From NCBI GenBank assembly GCA_965216875.1, contig OZ244207.1:4288001-4352000 (forward strand): a stretch of 64,000 nucleotides of DNA. The letters are read 5' to 3'. This DNA comes from Rubripirellula sp. (GTDB lineage: Bacteria > Planctomycetota > Planctomycetia > Pirellulales > Pirellulaceae). The position numbers were made by a program, and so were the translations under genes. The notes under the pieces were generated by a model. It ran no database searches. It was not told the DNA's origin and saw nothing but the letters and a program-made list of their open reading frames with translations. Positions 31,265 through 39,926 of the stretch are shown in pieces; the first letter of the stretch is position 1, and every line of letters begins with the position of its first letter.

Positions 31265-32320
31265 ATGTCAACAAGCACGCATCAAACGTTCGGAAACACG
31301 GGGCTGAAAATGCCCCGTGTTGTTTTTGGGGCAACCGTCCTGGGCAACCTGTTTGTCGCCATGACCGACAAACAGAAACATGCCCTCGTCGGTGAGTGGA
31401 TGGCGCAGATGCCAAAGCCTGTCGCCATCGACAGCGCCGGCAAATACGGCGCCGGCCTCTCGCTTGAAGTCATTGCCAGAGAACTCGCCGCGTACGGCAT
31501 CGCCCCTGATGATGTCATCATCAGCAACAAACTCGCATGGCGGCGCGTGCCGCTGACCGCGGACGAGCCAACGTTTGAACCAGGCGTCTGGATCGACATC
31601 AATCACGATGCGGTCCAAGACATCAGTTACGAAGGAATCTTGCGCTGCTACGACGACGGCAACGCAACGCTTTCGCCCTATGCTTCGCAGCTGGTCGCAC
31701 TGCACGACCCAGACGAATACCTTGCGGCCGCGACCGACGAAGACGACCGCATCAAACGGCTTGACGACCTCAAGGGCGCCCACCGCGCGTTGGTCGAACT
31801 GCGCGACGCCGGAAAGATTGCAGGCGTCGGAATCGGCGCGAAAGATTGGCGCGTGATTGGCGAGCTGGACCAAGAGTGCGCGTTCGACTGGGTGATGATG
31901 GCGAACTCGTTCACCGTGATGAATCATCCAACCGAATTGGTCGCCTTGATCGATTCACTGGCCAGCCGAAATGTCGGCATCATCAATTCAGCGGTGACGC
32001 ACGGTGGCTTTATCACTGGCGGCAAGTTTCTCGACTATCGCGAAGTCGACGAGTCGAGCCAGCGAGATGCCGAAGTGATCTCATGGCGTGAGCGTTTTAC
32101 GAACGTATGCCGCGCCCACGGCTATTCGCCCTACCTGGTGTCCGTCGTCTTCGGAATCTCGCATCCAGGCATCGCCTCACTTGCACTGAGCACCAGCAAC
32201 CCCGCTCGAGTCGCCTCGATGATCGAAGCCGCAACCACCGAGCTGCCCGCAAGTTTTTGGAACGAGCTGAAAGACGAAGGCTTGGTGGATCGCCACTACG
32301 CTCACGTCGGTGAGGATTGA
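31265..32320 (+). CDS. Aldo/keto reductase (D-threo-aldose / L-galactose dehydrogenase-like)
   Basis: LGNL, DSA..YG.G, ISNK, LHDPD catalytic tetrad pattern; ATG 7 nt after the uxaE stop. Confidence 0.8.
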   Translation: MSTSTHQTFGNTGLKMPRVVFGATVLGNLFVAMTDKQKHALVGEWMAQMPKPVAIDSAGKYGAGLSLEVIARELAAYGIAPDDVIISNKLAWRRVPLTADEPTFEPGVWIDINHDAVQDISYEGILRCYDDGNATLSPYASQLVALHDPDEYLAAATDEDDRIKRLDDLKGAHRALVELRDAGKIAGVGIGAKDWRVIGELDQECAFDWVMMANSFTVMNHPTELVALIDSLASRNVGIINSAVTHGGFITGGKFLDYREVDESSQRDAEVISWRERFTNVCRAHGYSPYLVSVVFGISHPGIASLALSTSNPARVASMIEAATTELPASFWNELKDEGLVDRHYAHVGED

Positions 32321-32335
32321 GCGGCGATCGCACGT

Positions 32336-32425
32336 GGCCCGACGCCAGCGCGTTCGGCTCACGAAACCTCTTGTAGGTCATGCTCCGCATGACAATCTGC
32401 GTGTTTCATGCACAGCGTGACCTAC
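32336..32425. repeat. REP-like family E arm plus family C doublet (GTAGGTCATGC..GCATGAC)
   Basis: GGCCCGACGCCAGCGCGTTCGGCTCAC, then GTAGGTCATGCTCCGCATGAC...TCATGCACAGCGTGACCTAC. Confidence 0.8.
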
Positions 32426-32439
32426 GCCCCCCAAAAAAC

Positions 32440-32491
32440 TTGACATGACTACAAACTGTAGCCATACTCCATGACTACAGCTTGTAGCCAT
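32440..32491 (+). promoter_or_regulatory. Sigma70 promoter overlapped by two BlaI-type operators
   Basis: TTGACA (32440) - 17 bp - CATACT (32463); palindromes ATGACTACAaacTGTAGCCAT (32445-32465) and ATGACTACAgctTGTAGCCAT (32471-32491). Confidence 0.85.
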
Positions 32492-32513
32492 GCACTTTTT
32501 GGGGAATCTCTCG

Positions 32514-32936
32514 ATGGCAAAATCGAGTCCGGAGCTGCCTCCGCTTTCGCAATCGCAAGCGGAAATCATGGAGGTGATTTGGGAATACGGGGAGGTCTCG
32601 GCGTCGCAGGTCCGCCAACATTTGGCTGACCGGAAACGCGACGTAGCTCGCAACACCGTCCGCACGCTGCTTGAGCGGATGGAGGAAAAAGGCTGGCTGA
32701 CGCATCGCGTCGACGGCCGCACCTATCTCTACTCAGCCACCCATGCCAAAGAAGCGACCGCCGGCGGCCGCGTCCTTGAAGTGCTCGATGAACTCTGTGG
32801 TGGATCACCCGAAGCGCTCATGACGGCGCTGATCGACTACCGCGGCCTTTCGTCGTCCGAACTCGAGCGGATTCGCGCGATGTTGGACGAAGCCAAACCG
32901 ACAAAGAAATCGACAAAGCGTGGAGGAAAGCGATGA
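32514..32936 (+). CDS. BlaI/MecI/CopY-family repressor
   Basis: EIMEVIW..G, NTVRTLL.RM.EKGW...GR.Y.Y; stop overlaps the next start (ATGA). Confidence 0.92.
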   Translation: MAKSSPELPPLSQSQAEIMEVIWEYGEVSASQVRQHLADRKRDVARNTVRTLLERMEEKGWLTHRVDGRTYLYSATHAKEATAGGRVLEVLDELCGGSPEALMTALIDYRGLSSSELERIRAMLDEAKPTKKSTKRGGKR

Positions 32937-35900
32937 ACGTGTTTGAAAACGTTGCCGCCGTTGCTTGGCTACCCCAGTCGGTGTGGCCCCAGTCGCCGTG
33001 GATTTCTTGGGGACTTGTCGCCTCCTCTGTCTTCGCGATCACGACGATCGCGGCGATCTCTTCAAACCTTTACCGGCACCAACCGGCGCGCCGACACACG
33101 TTGCTGATGTCGTCATTGATCGCCTGCCTCGCCTGCCCGCTGATCATGCTTACGATTTCTTTATCAGGCCAAACCGTCGTTGAGGTGCCTGTTGCAGTCG
33201 CTTCGACGCAGCGTGCTGAACCCGACTCCGCGCTGCCTCCGACCGAACCCGCCCCCGTTCTACTCAGCGAAGAACCTACCGAGGGCGTCCCTGCCGAATC
33301 GAATACGAACGGGTTGCCCACAACCGCACCCGCGACAGCGATCCCATCGAAAAGCGACCGCGCGGTGACGAGTCAATCATCGATCGCACTTCCATCGCTA
33401 TCACCGACCCACTGGATCGTGCTGGCTTGGTTGTTCGGATCGATCCTCCTGTTTTGCCGCACGCTTTACGGCCTTGTCGCCGCAAACCGGATTGCAAAGC
33501 GGGCCACTCGCATTCAATCCGACACGTTGCACGCCGCGGCGCAACAGGCCGCCGACTGCGTGGGACTTGCCAAACCGCCTGCGATCGCGACATCGATCGC
33601 CGTCCGCTCTCCCGCAGTGATCGGTTATCGCAAGATGACGGTGGTGATGCCGCCAGAATTGTTTGCGGTGGCCACGGACGAGGACCTGCGCAATACGCTC
33701 GTGCATGAATTCGCCCATGTACGTCGATTGGATCCGTGGATCGTTTTGTTGCAATCACTCGCCCGGTGTTTGTTCTGGCCCATCGTGACGCTTCACTTCG
33801 TGGATCGAGAACTCAGTCGCTCGCGTGAAGAGATCTGCGACAACTACGTCCTGAGGCAAGCATCGTCGATCGACTACGGCGAAACACTCTTAAAGCTCGC
33901 CGAGCTCGCACTTGGTGCGCGGGTCTTACGTACCTCGGTCGGCATTTTGCATTGGCGAGGCAAACTCGAGGACCGAATCGCCGGTTTCCTCAGCGGCTCG
34001 CGCAGCCAGGAGACGACACCCTCGCGCTGGCGCGGCTTGACGATGATCACGGTCGGACTTTGTGTTGGCACCCTGATTTGCGGAACGCGATTTGTTCGCG
34101 CCGATCGCGGCGACAGCGTTGAAGCAACTGCGGCGGACAAAGCCGAAATCGAAACGAAGACGAGTGACGAAGACTCAGGAACGTTTGCATTGACCGTGCG
34201 TGACGCCAAGGGAAATCCGGTGGACGGCGCGACGGTCGAACTGTGGGCGATCGCTTACAGCGGTGGCGGCCAAACCGTGCCGGAGGCGTATCACAAAGAG
34301 ACCACAACGGACAAACGGGGACAGACAACGGTTCGGTACCCGCTCCAATCATCGACGCACACGCCACAGAAGACCGAAAGGCTGGGGCTGAATGTTGAAC
34401 ACCCCGACCACCCTCGGTTTTCGTCTTACATCAAGGTTGTCCGCAAAGGGGAAGTTCGACTCGCCACAGCCACTTGGGCGACGATCTCAGCTTCATTGGC
34501 AGGCGGGGCGCCAATTACGAGCGACTTGCATGCGGCGATCAGTGGAATTGGTGCCAAGTCGAAGATGATCGGGCCGACGATTCGACTCGGCCCCCTTAAC
34601 CTTGCTGGCCAAAGACCCAACAACCTTGTCCGCTTGGTGCACGTGCCCGACGACGGCCCCGTATTCTTTAGCAAGCTGATCGACATTGCTCAGCTCGATC
34701 GGGGTAAGGGCGAGATCAGCCACAACACAACACTACAGCCGGCTGCTACCGTTCGCGGCAAGCTGCCAGAGTTCGTTCCTCGACCCGTCAAGAAAGGATG
34801 GGTCGCTGGAGTGATCATCAACCACGACTGGACTTGGCGAACAGCGGCCGAGATTCAAGCTGACGGTTCATTCACACTTACAGGACTGCCGGCCGACGAT
34901 CACTTGCAATTGATTGCCGCCTGCGATGGATGGGTTTCGCTACCGCCGCGACCAAACCAGGTCGAAGAGTACTCGAAACTGTTCGACTACCCGATCGCGC
35001 ACAACGGCGGTGCAAGAACGGGCAGAGTGACTCCACAGTTGCATTACATCTCGCCTGGCGTGAGCGAAACCGAAATCGCCATGCATCCAGCGGGCTCGGT
35101 CGAACTGACTGTTGTCGACTGGGACAACAATCCTGTCGTCGGCGCGACCGTCTCGTTCAATCCGAACCAAGTGTTTTACAACGGAGGTAGCACATTGCTT
35201 GGGACGCGGGTCCGGTCGATTGATTACCTGACCGAAAAGAACACCACAACTCAAGGTCAACGCCGCGAAGAGATTGCAGCTCAATATGTCGGCACAACCG
35301 ATCAGGAGGGCGTGGTTTCTATCAAGAACTTACCCTCCCACCTTTCTTGGAACCGATCCGATGGAGTGGACAGGGCAGGTGGCCAATTCATCGCGTTCAC
35401 CGTCCGTCGTGAAGGATACCGACTTGTCCCCAAAGAGCCGCAACGCTCGATGAGCCTTTCGGGGCCGCCGCAGGAAACGGTCGACCTGATTCCGGGTGAA
35501 ACCGCAAAGATCCGCGTCCGGATGGAAAAGACTGACAAGGCAAAAACACCCAAGAAGAAAGTACGCCCCAAACCGCCAGCGACGAAGCCTCAACCGACTA
35601 CAAACAAGTCAGCGTCTGTTGGCGAAACGAATGATGAAACGACGATCACCGTTACCGGCTCTGTTCAAAACACCGCGGGCGAACCGGTCGTCGGCGCGAA
35701 AGTGTTCTTGCTTTCGATAGGGCGCAAGGACAAACGTCTCGCGGAAACGACAACCGACAAAGAAGGAAGGTACACCTTCAAAGAGATCGCGTTGCCCATC
35801 GTCCGTTCCTCGATGTTCATCGACGGTGGCGCTATTCAGGTTTACGCGATCGCCGATGATTACGGGCTCTGCTGGCACGGCAAACGATCAGTCTTGATGA

Positions 35901-36976
35901 CGCCTCGCCCCGACAACGACCCGCCCAGCGAAACGGGAACATCGTTCTACGAGGGCGAAGCGATCGAGATGGATTTGACGTTCCAACCCACCGCACGACT
36001 TGAAGGCGTGGTGGAAGACGAGCAGGGCAGGGCAGTCCGGGGCGCAAAGATCTCGCTCGGGATGCTCGACTACATCGATCCCGAGGGGCACGTGTATCAC
36101 AAGAACTATCGTGAGTTTTGGGGAATGCGTTTCGCACCCGAACGATTCCGAACCACGACCACGGATGACCTGGGACGTTTCATCATTGCCGATCTTCCCG
36201 CAGAAACAGCCTGCCGTATTTCGATGTCCCACGAATCGTTCGCAAGCCAAGCAACGTTCGTTGCGATCACCGACCGCGACATCAGCGAGTACCGCTACTC
36301 CGGCACCAACATCACTTCCATTCGAGACGGCAAGGTGGTTCGGTACCCGAATTTCCGAACGCAATCGGTCGTTCGATCACCCGTTCGCTTTGAGGTGAAA
36401 CGGAATCAGTCGGCCACGATCGCCGTCGTCGACCCGAAAGGCCAAGCCGCCGCAGGGGTTTGGGTTTCCGCTTCCAATGGCGATCGCGCAACCGGCACAC
36501 GAGCGTCGGCCAAGACGGGCGACGATGGCACAGTGAAACTTGATCTACCGCCGGGAACTTACCGTTTGTCGGTTCGCCCCAAACGCGAGTCCACTTTCCT
36601 CACCACCTACGACGAACTCGTCATCGATGAATCGTCAAACGGGAAAAAACAGGTGCAACTGCGCAGCGGCTGCACCTTGATCTTGAAAGCCATCGACGCC
36701 GACACAGGAACGCCCATTGAGGGGATGAGTTTTTGGCGCGACGTCAAAGACAAACAAGGAGCCCGAACCGGTTTGAACTCGACCACGCTATACGTCGACC
36801 ATCCGGTGACTGACAAAGACGGAGTGCTGACTGCGATCGTCGAACCGGGCAAACGCACCATCGGAGTCGGGTGGAGCAAGATCCCCGAGGGCTACCAGGG
36901 CGGCGATGGAGGCCGCACGCTTGAATGCATCGAAGGGGAAACCGTGACCGCGACCTTCGAGGTCCGCAAGAAGTAG
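32933..36976 (+). CDS. BlaR1/MecR1-type M56 peptidase with long extracytoplasmic beta-sandwich (carboxypeptidase-regulatory-like) repeats
   Basis: TM helices, SPAV.G, HEFAHVRR.D, REEICD; repeated G.V.D..G.PV.GA.V...TD..G.F/Y units; no SxxK penicillin-binding domain recognised. Confidence 0.88.
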   Translation: MNVFENVAAVAWLPQSVWPQSPWISWGLVASSVFAITTIAAISSNLYRHQPARRHTLLMSSLIACLACPLIMLTISLSGQTVVEVPVAVASTQRAEPDSALPPTEPAPVLLSEEPTEGVPAESNTNGLPTTAPATAIPSKSDRAVTSQSSIALPSLSPTHWIVLAWLFGSILLFCRTLYGLVAANRIAKRATRIQSDTLHAAAQQAADCVGLAKPPAIATSIAVRSPAVIGYRKMTVVMPPELFAVATDEDLRNTLVHEFAHVRRLDPWIVLLQSLARCLFWPIVTLHFVDRELSRSREEICDNYVLRQASSIDYGETLLKLAELALGARVLRTSVGILHWRGKLEDRIAGFLSGSRSQETTPSRWRGLTMITVGLCVGTLICGTRFVRADRGDSVEATAADKAEIETKTSDEDSGTFALTVRDAKGNPVDGATVELWAIAYSGGGQTVPEAYHKETTTDKRGQTTVRYPLQSSTHTPQKTERLGLNVEHPDHPRFSSYIKVVRKGEVRLATATWATISASLAGGAPITSDLHAAISGIGAKSKMIGPTIRLGPLNLAGQRPNNLVRLVHVPDDGPVFFSKLIDIAQLDRGKGEISHNTTLQPAATVRGKLPEFVPRPVKKGWVAGVIINHDWTWRTAAEIQADGSFTLTGLPADDHLQLIAACDGWVSLPPRPNQVEEYSKLFDYPIAHNGGARTGRVTPQLHYISPGVSETEIAMHPAGSVELTVVDWDNNPVVGATVSFNPNQVFYNGGSTLLGTRVRSIDYLTEKNTTTQGQRREEIAAQYVGTTDQEGVVSIKNLPSHLSWNRSDGVDRAGGQFIAFTVRREGYRLVPKEPQRSMSLSGPPQETVDLIPGETAKIRVRMEKTDKAKTPKKKVRPKPPATKPQPTTNKSASVGETNDETTITVTGSVQNTAGEPVVGAKVFLLSIGRKDKRLAETTTDKEGRYTFKEIALPIVRSSMFIDGGAIQVYAIADDYGLCWHGKRSVLMTPRPDNDPPSETGTSFYEGEAIEMDLTFQPTARLEGVVEDEQGRAVRGAKISLGMLDYIDPEGHVYHKNYREFWGMRFAPERFRTTTTDDLGRFIIADLPAETACRISMSHESFASQATFVAITDRDISEYRYSGTNITSIRDGKVVRYPNFRTQSVVRSPVRFEVKRNQSATIAVVDPKGQAAAGVWVSASNGDRATGTRASAKTGDDGTVKLDLPPGTYRLSVRPKRESTFLTTYDELVIDESSNGKKQVQLRSGCTLILKAIDADTGTPIEGMSFWRDVKDKQGARTGLNSTTLYVDHPVTDKDGVLTAIVEPGKRTIGVGWSKIPEGYQGGDGGRTLECIEGETVTATFEVRKK

Positions 36977-37048
36977 GTCATGCTGTGCATGAAGAAGTAG
37001 GTCATGCTCCGCATGACAATTGTCTGTGTCATGCACAGCATGACCTAC
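36973..37048. repeat. REP-like family C cluster
   Basis: GTAGGTCATGC at 36973 and 36997, inverted arm ending GCATGACCTAC at 37048. Confidence 0.85.
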
Positions 37049-37073
37049 GTGCCGTGACGCAATTGGACTCACC

Positions 37074-37586
37074 TCAAATCCCGAGCGCCATTCCCTTTTC
37101 ATCCAGGATCTGCACTTTGACTTCGACAAACCACTCTTTGTCATAGTGATTTGCTTTGACGACCACCTTGTAAGGTGTCGCCGGCGCGAGCGACGAGATG
37201 CCGTGACTCTTCTTTTCGGCGACTGCTTTGCGGAAACACTGCAACACGGTTTCATCGATTTGGCCATACCACGGTTTGGTTTGATGCGCATCGAGTACCG
37301 CTTCCATCGCCGCATAGGCTTGCCCTTCATCCCAATCACCGGGGAGACGGAATTGCATTTGTGCGTTCTTTTTGAACGTGTTGCTGATCTCCCAATTCGC
37401 CTCAAAGGACTCGCCATCGACCTCATGTGTCGCCGAGTACTTGTCACCATTGCTACTGCGGACACGCATCTGCAACTTCGACGCCGTTTCGGTATCGATC
37501 GGTCCGTCGACAACGGGCGCCTGCGAAGGAGCGCAGCCCACTAGCAGAAGACAAGCAACAAGAAGCGACAAAAACTGCAGACGCAT
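37074..37586 (-). CDS. Hypothetical lipoprotein
   Basis: Signal peptide with LVGC lipobox. Confidence 0.65.
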   Translation of the reverse strand: MRLQFLSLLVACLLLVGCAPSQAPVVDGPIDTETASKLQMRVRSSNGDKYSATHEVDGESFEANWEISNTFKKNAQMQFRLPGDWDEGQAYAAMEAVLDAHQTKPWYGQIDETVLQCFRKAVAEKKSHGISSLAPATPYKVVVKANHYDKEWFVEVKVQILDEKGMALGI

Positions 37587-37633
37587 TCGATGGCTCCGAA
37601 AGATGAGAAGCCGTTCATTGTAGCCGCCGCACC

Positions 37634-37930
37634 GTAGGTCATGCTGTGCATGACACCGCGGTGAGCCGTTTGTAGTACCGGGCTCTAGCCGGAATCTCCT
37701 CGCATTCCGCCTGAAGGCGGGACTACAAACCGAGAGCCGAACGCGCTAGCGTCGGGCGTTACAAGATGTGCAGTGTAACGCCCGACGCTAGCGCGTTCGG
37801 CTCACAGAAGTGCGCATTCGTAGCTACCTTCGCCAGAAGGTGGAATTTGCTGAATAAGATGAGCTGCCACACCACGCTCTGGCGAGCGTAGCTACGGTTG
37901 CAGGGGCCCGACGCTTGCGCGTTCGGCTCA
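37634..37930. repeat. REP mosaic of four families (C, A, E, D)
   Basis: Includes a perfect 30-bp inverted repeat 37734-37763 / 37774-37803 and GTAGCTACCTTCGCCAGAAGGTGG...CCACGCTCTGGCGAGCGTAGCTAC. Confidence 0.88.
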
Positions 37931-37962
37931 GGTGTTGCCCGCGTCTACCGTGGGGAAGCACC

Positions 37963-39729
37963 TCACTTGATTTTCAGGTGCAACTCGGTGAGTTGGGCTT
38001 TGTCGACTTCGCCGGGGGCTTCGGTCATCAGGTCGGTCGCCTTCTGCGTTTTCGGGAAAGCGATCACTTCACGGATGTTTTCCAATCCAGCGAACAGCAT
38101 CACCCAGCGGTCGACGCCCAGTGCGATTCCTCCGTGCGGAGGTGCACCAAACTTCAACGCGTTGAGCAAGAAACCGAATCGGTCTTCCGCCGTCGCCTCG
38201 TCGATCCCCAACAACTCAAAGACCTGCTGTTGGGTTTCAGGGTCGTGAATACGAATCGTTCCACCACCCGCCTCGCTGCCGTTGATCACCAAGTCATAGG
38301 CTTGTGCCCGACAGTCTTGCGGGTCTTCCTTGAGCAGCGATAGGTCGCTTGCCAGCGGAGCGGTGAAGGGGTGATGCATCGCGTGCCAGTTACCGGTTTC
38401 GTCATCACGCTCGAACATCGGGAACTCGGTGACCCAACTGCAGTTGAGTTCGTTGGGGTCGATCAGACCAAGTTCGCCGGCCAAACGTTTTCGCAAACCA
38501 GCTAAGCCTTTGCAGGTCACTTCCCACGAATCGGCAAGGAACATCAACAAGTCACCCGGCTCGCCACCCATCAGTTCTTTGATTTCAGCGAGGTGCTCTT
38601 CTTCAAAGTTCTTGCTGATCGGACTCCACAGCGAACCGTCATCTTCGACACGGAACCAAGCCAAACCTTTGGCACCAAAATCTTGCTTGACGTAATCGGT
38701 CAAACCGTCGATTTGTCGTCGCGAGTACTTGGTCGCGGCACCTTTGACAGGAATCCCGCGGACGAAGCCGCCCTTGTCAGCCGTACCACGGAAGACGCGA
38801 AACTCGGTCTTCTTGGCGACCGAGGTAACGTCGACGATTTCCATTTCAAAACGCAAATCGGGTGCGTCGCTACCGAAGCGTCGCATCGCTTCGTCGTAGG
38901 TCATGCGCGGCAGCGGCGTCTTGACCTCTTTGCCCAACACGCGTTTGGCGGTTTCGGCCACCAAACCGTCGATCAGCCCCATGATGTCGTCGGCATCGAC
39001 GAACGACATCTCGAGGTCAAGCTGAGTGAACTCGGGTTGGCGGTCGGCGCGAAGGTCTTCGTCGCGGAAGCACTTTGCGACTTGGACGTAGCGGTCGAAG
39101 CCAGCGACCATCAAGATTTGTTTGTAGAGCTGGGGCGATTGAGGCAACGCGTAAAAGTTGCCTGGATGAACGCGGCTCGGCACGAGGTAGTCGCGAGCAC
39201 CTTCGGGAGTGCTGCGGCCGAGGATCGGTGTTTCGACATCGATGAAATCGCGTTCGGCGAAATAGTCACGCATCGTCTTGATGATTTCGCTGCGACGGAC
39301 CAGCGCCTTTTGCATGTCCTCGCGGCGCAGGTCGAGAAAGCGGTACTTCAGACGCAGGTCTTCACCTGGCAAGTCGCTTTGGCCTGGAGTGAACGGCGGC
39401 GTCTCGCAAAGGTTCAAGATCTCGAAGTGATCGGTGCGAACTTCGATGTCGCCGGTCGACAGATCGTCGTTGGTCATCCCCTCGAGGCGCTCGGTGACCT
39501 TGCCGCGAATCAAGATGACACTTTCGGCGGGAACGCGACCCGCTTCGTCGATCAATTTCGAGTCGGCTTCGGGCGGCCCAACGACCACCTGGGTGATCCC
39601 ATATCGGTCGCGCAAGTCGATAAAGACGACGCCGCCATGGTCACGACGACTTTCCACCCAGCCGCACAGGGTGACTTCGGAACCGACATCTTCTTTGCGG
39701 AGCTGACCGCAGGTATGGGAGCGTAACAC
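37963..39729 (-). CDS. aspS: Aspartate-tRNA ligase (probably non-discriminating Asp/Asn)
   Basis: RSHTCG, RRDHGG, TPEGARDY, LPQSPQ, CFRDEDLRADRQPEFTQ, GAPPHGG. Confidence 0.97.
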   Translation of the reverse strand: MLRSHTCGQLRKEDVGSEVTLCGWVESRRDHGGVVFIDLRDRYGITQVVVGPPEADSKLIDEAGRVPAESVILIRGKVTERLEGMTNDDLSTGDIEVRTDHFEILNLCETPPFTPGQSDLPGEDLRLKYRFLDLRREDMQKALVRRSEIIKTMRDYFAERDFIDVETPILGRSTPEGARDYLVPSRVHPGNFYALPQSPQLYKQILMVAGFDRYVQVAKCFRDEDLRADRQPEFTQLDLEMSFVDADDIMGLIDGLVAETAKRVLGKEVKTPLPRMTYDEAMRRFGSDAPDLRFEMEIVDVTSVAKKTEFRVFRGTADKGGFVRGIPVKGAATKYSRRQIDGLTDYVKQDFGAKGLAWFRVEDDGSLWSPISKNFEEEHLAEIKELMGGEPGDLLMFLADSWEVTCKGLAGLRKRLAGELGLIDPNELNCSWVTEFPMFERDDETGNWHAMHHPFTAPLASDLSLLKEDPQDCRAQAYDLVINGSEAGGGTIRIHDPETQQQVFELLGIDEATAEDRFGFLLNALKFGAPPHGGIALGVDRWVMLFAGLENIREVIAFPKTQKATDLMTEAPGEVDKAQLTELHLKIK

Positions 39730-39834
39730 GATAAATAGGTGATTTGAGGGTGTTTTCGATGCTTGAGTCTGTACGCTGAACCAATCTCAGCGGACCAAAA
39801 TCTTATCGTGGCTCGCAAATATCGGAAGCAGCCC

Positions 39835-39876
39835 AAAAAACGAGCCCAAACGTCGCGGGAGCGGCGTTTGGGCTAC
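39835..39876 (-). terminator. Putative intrinsic terminator after the MFS gene
   Basis: 14-bp stem AGCCCAAACG(T/C)CGC followed by TTTTTT on the minus strand; a second hairpin CGCCCC-AAAA-GGGGCG lies near 39900. Confidence 0.55.
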
Positions 39877-39926
39877 GCTTGAAACCGATGGGCAAATCCG
39901 CCCCAAAAGGGGCGATTCGACCGCTG

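Noticed and set aside
29983..31278. 431-aa - strand ORF
   Set aside because: Antisense shadow of uxaE
32933..36976. Beta-lactam resistance locus
   Set aside because: No penicillin-binding sensor domain recognised and no beta-lactamase or PBP2a gene adjacent
38593..39726. 377-aa + strand ORF
   Set aside because: Antisense shadow of aspS
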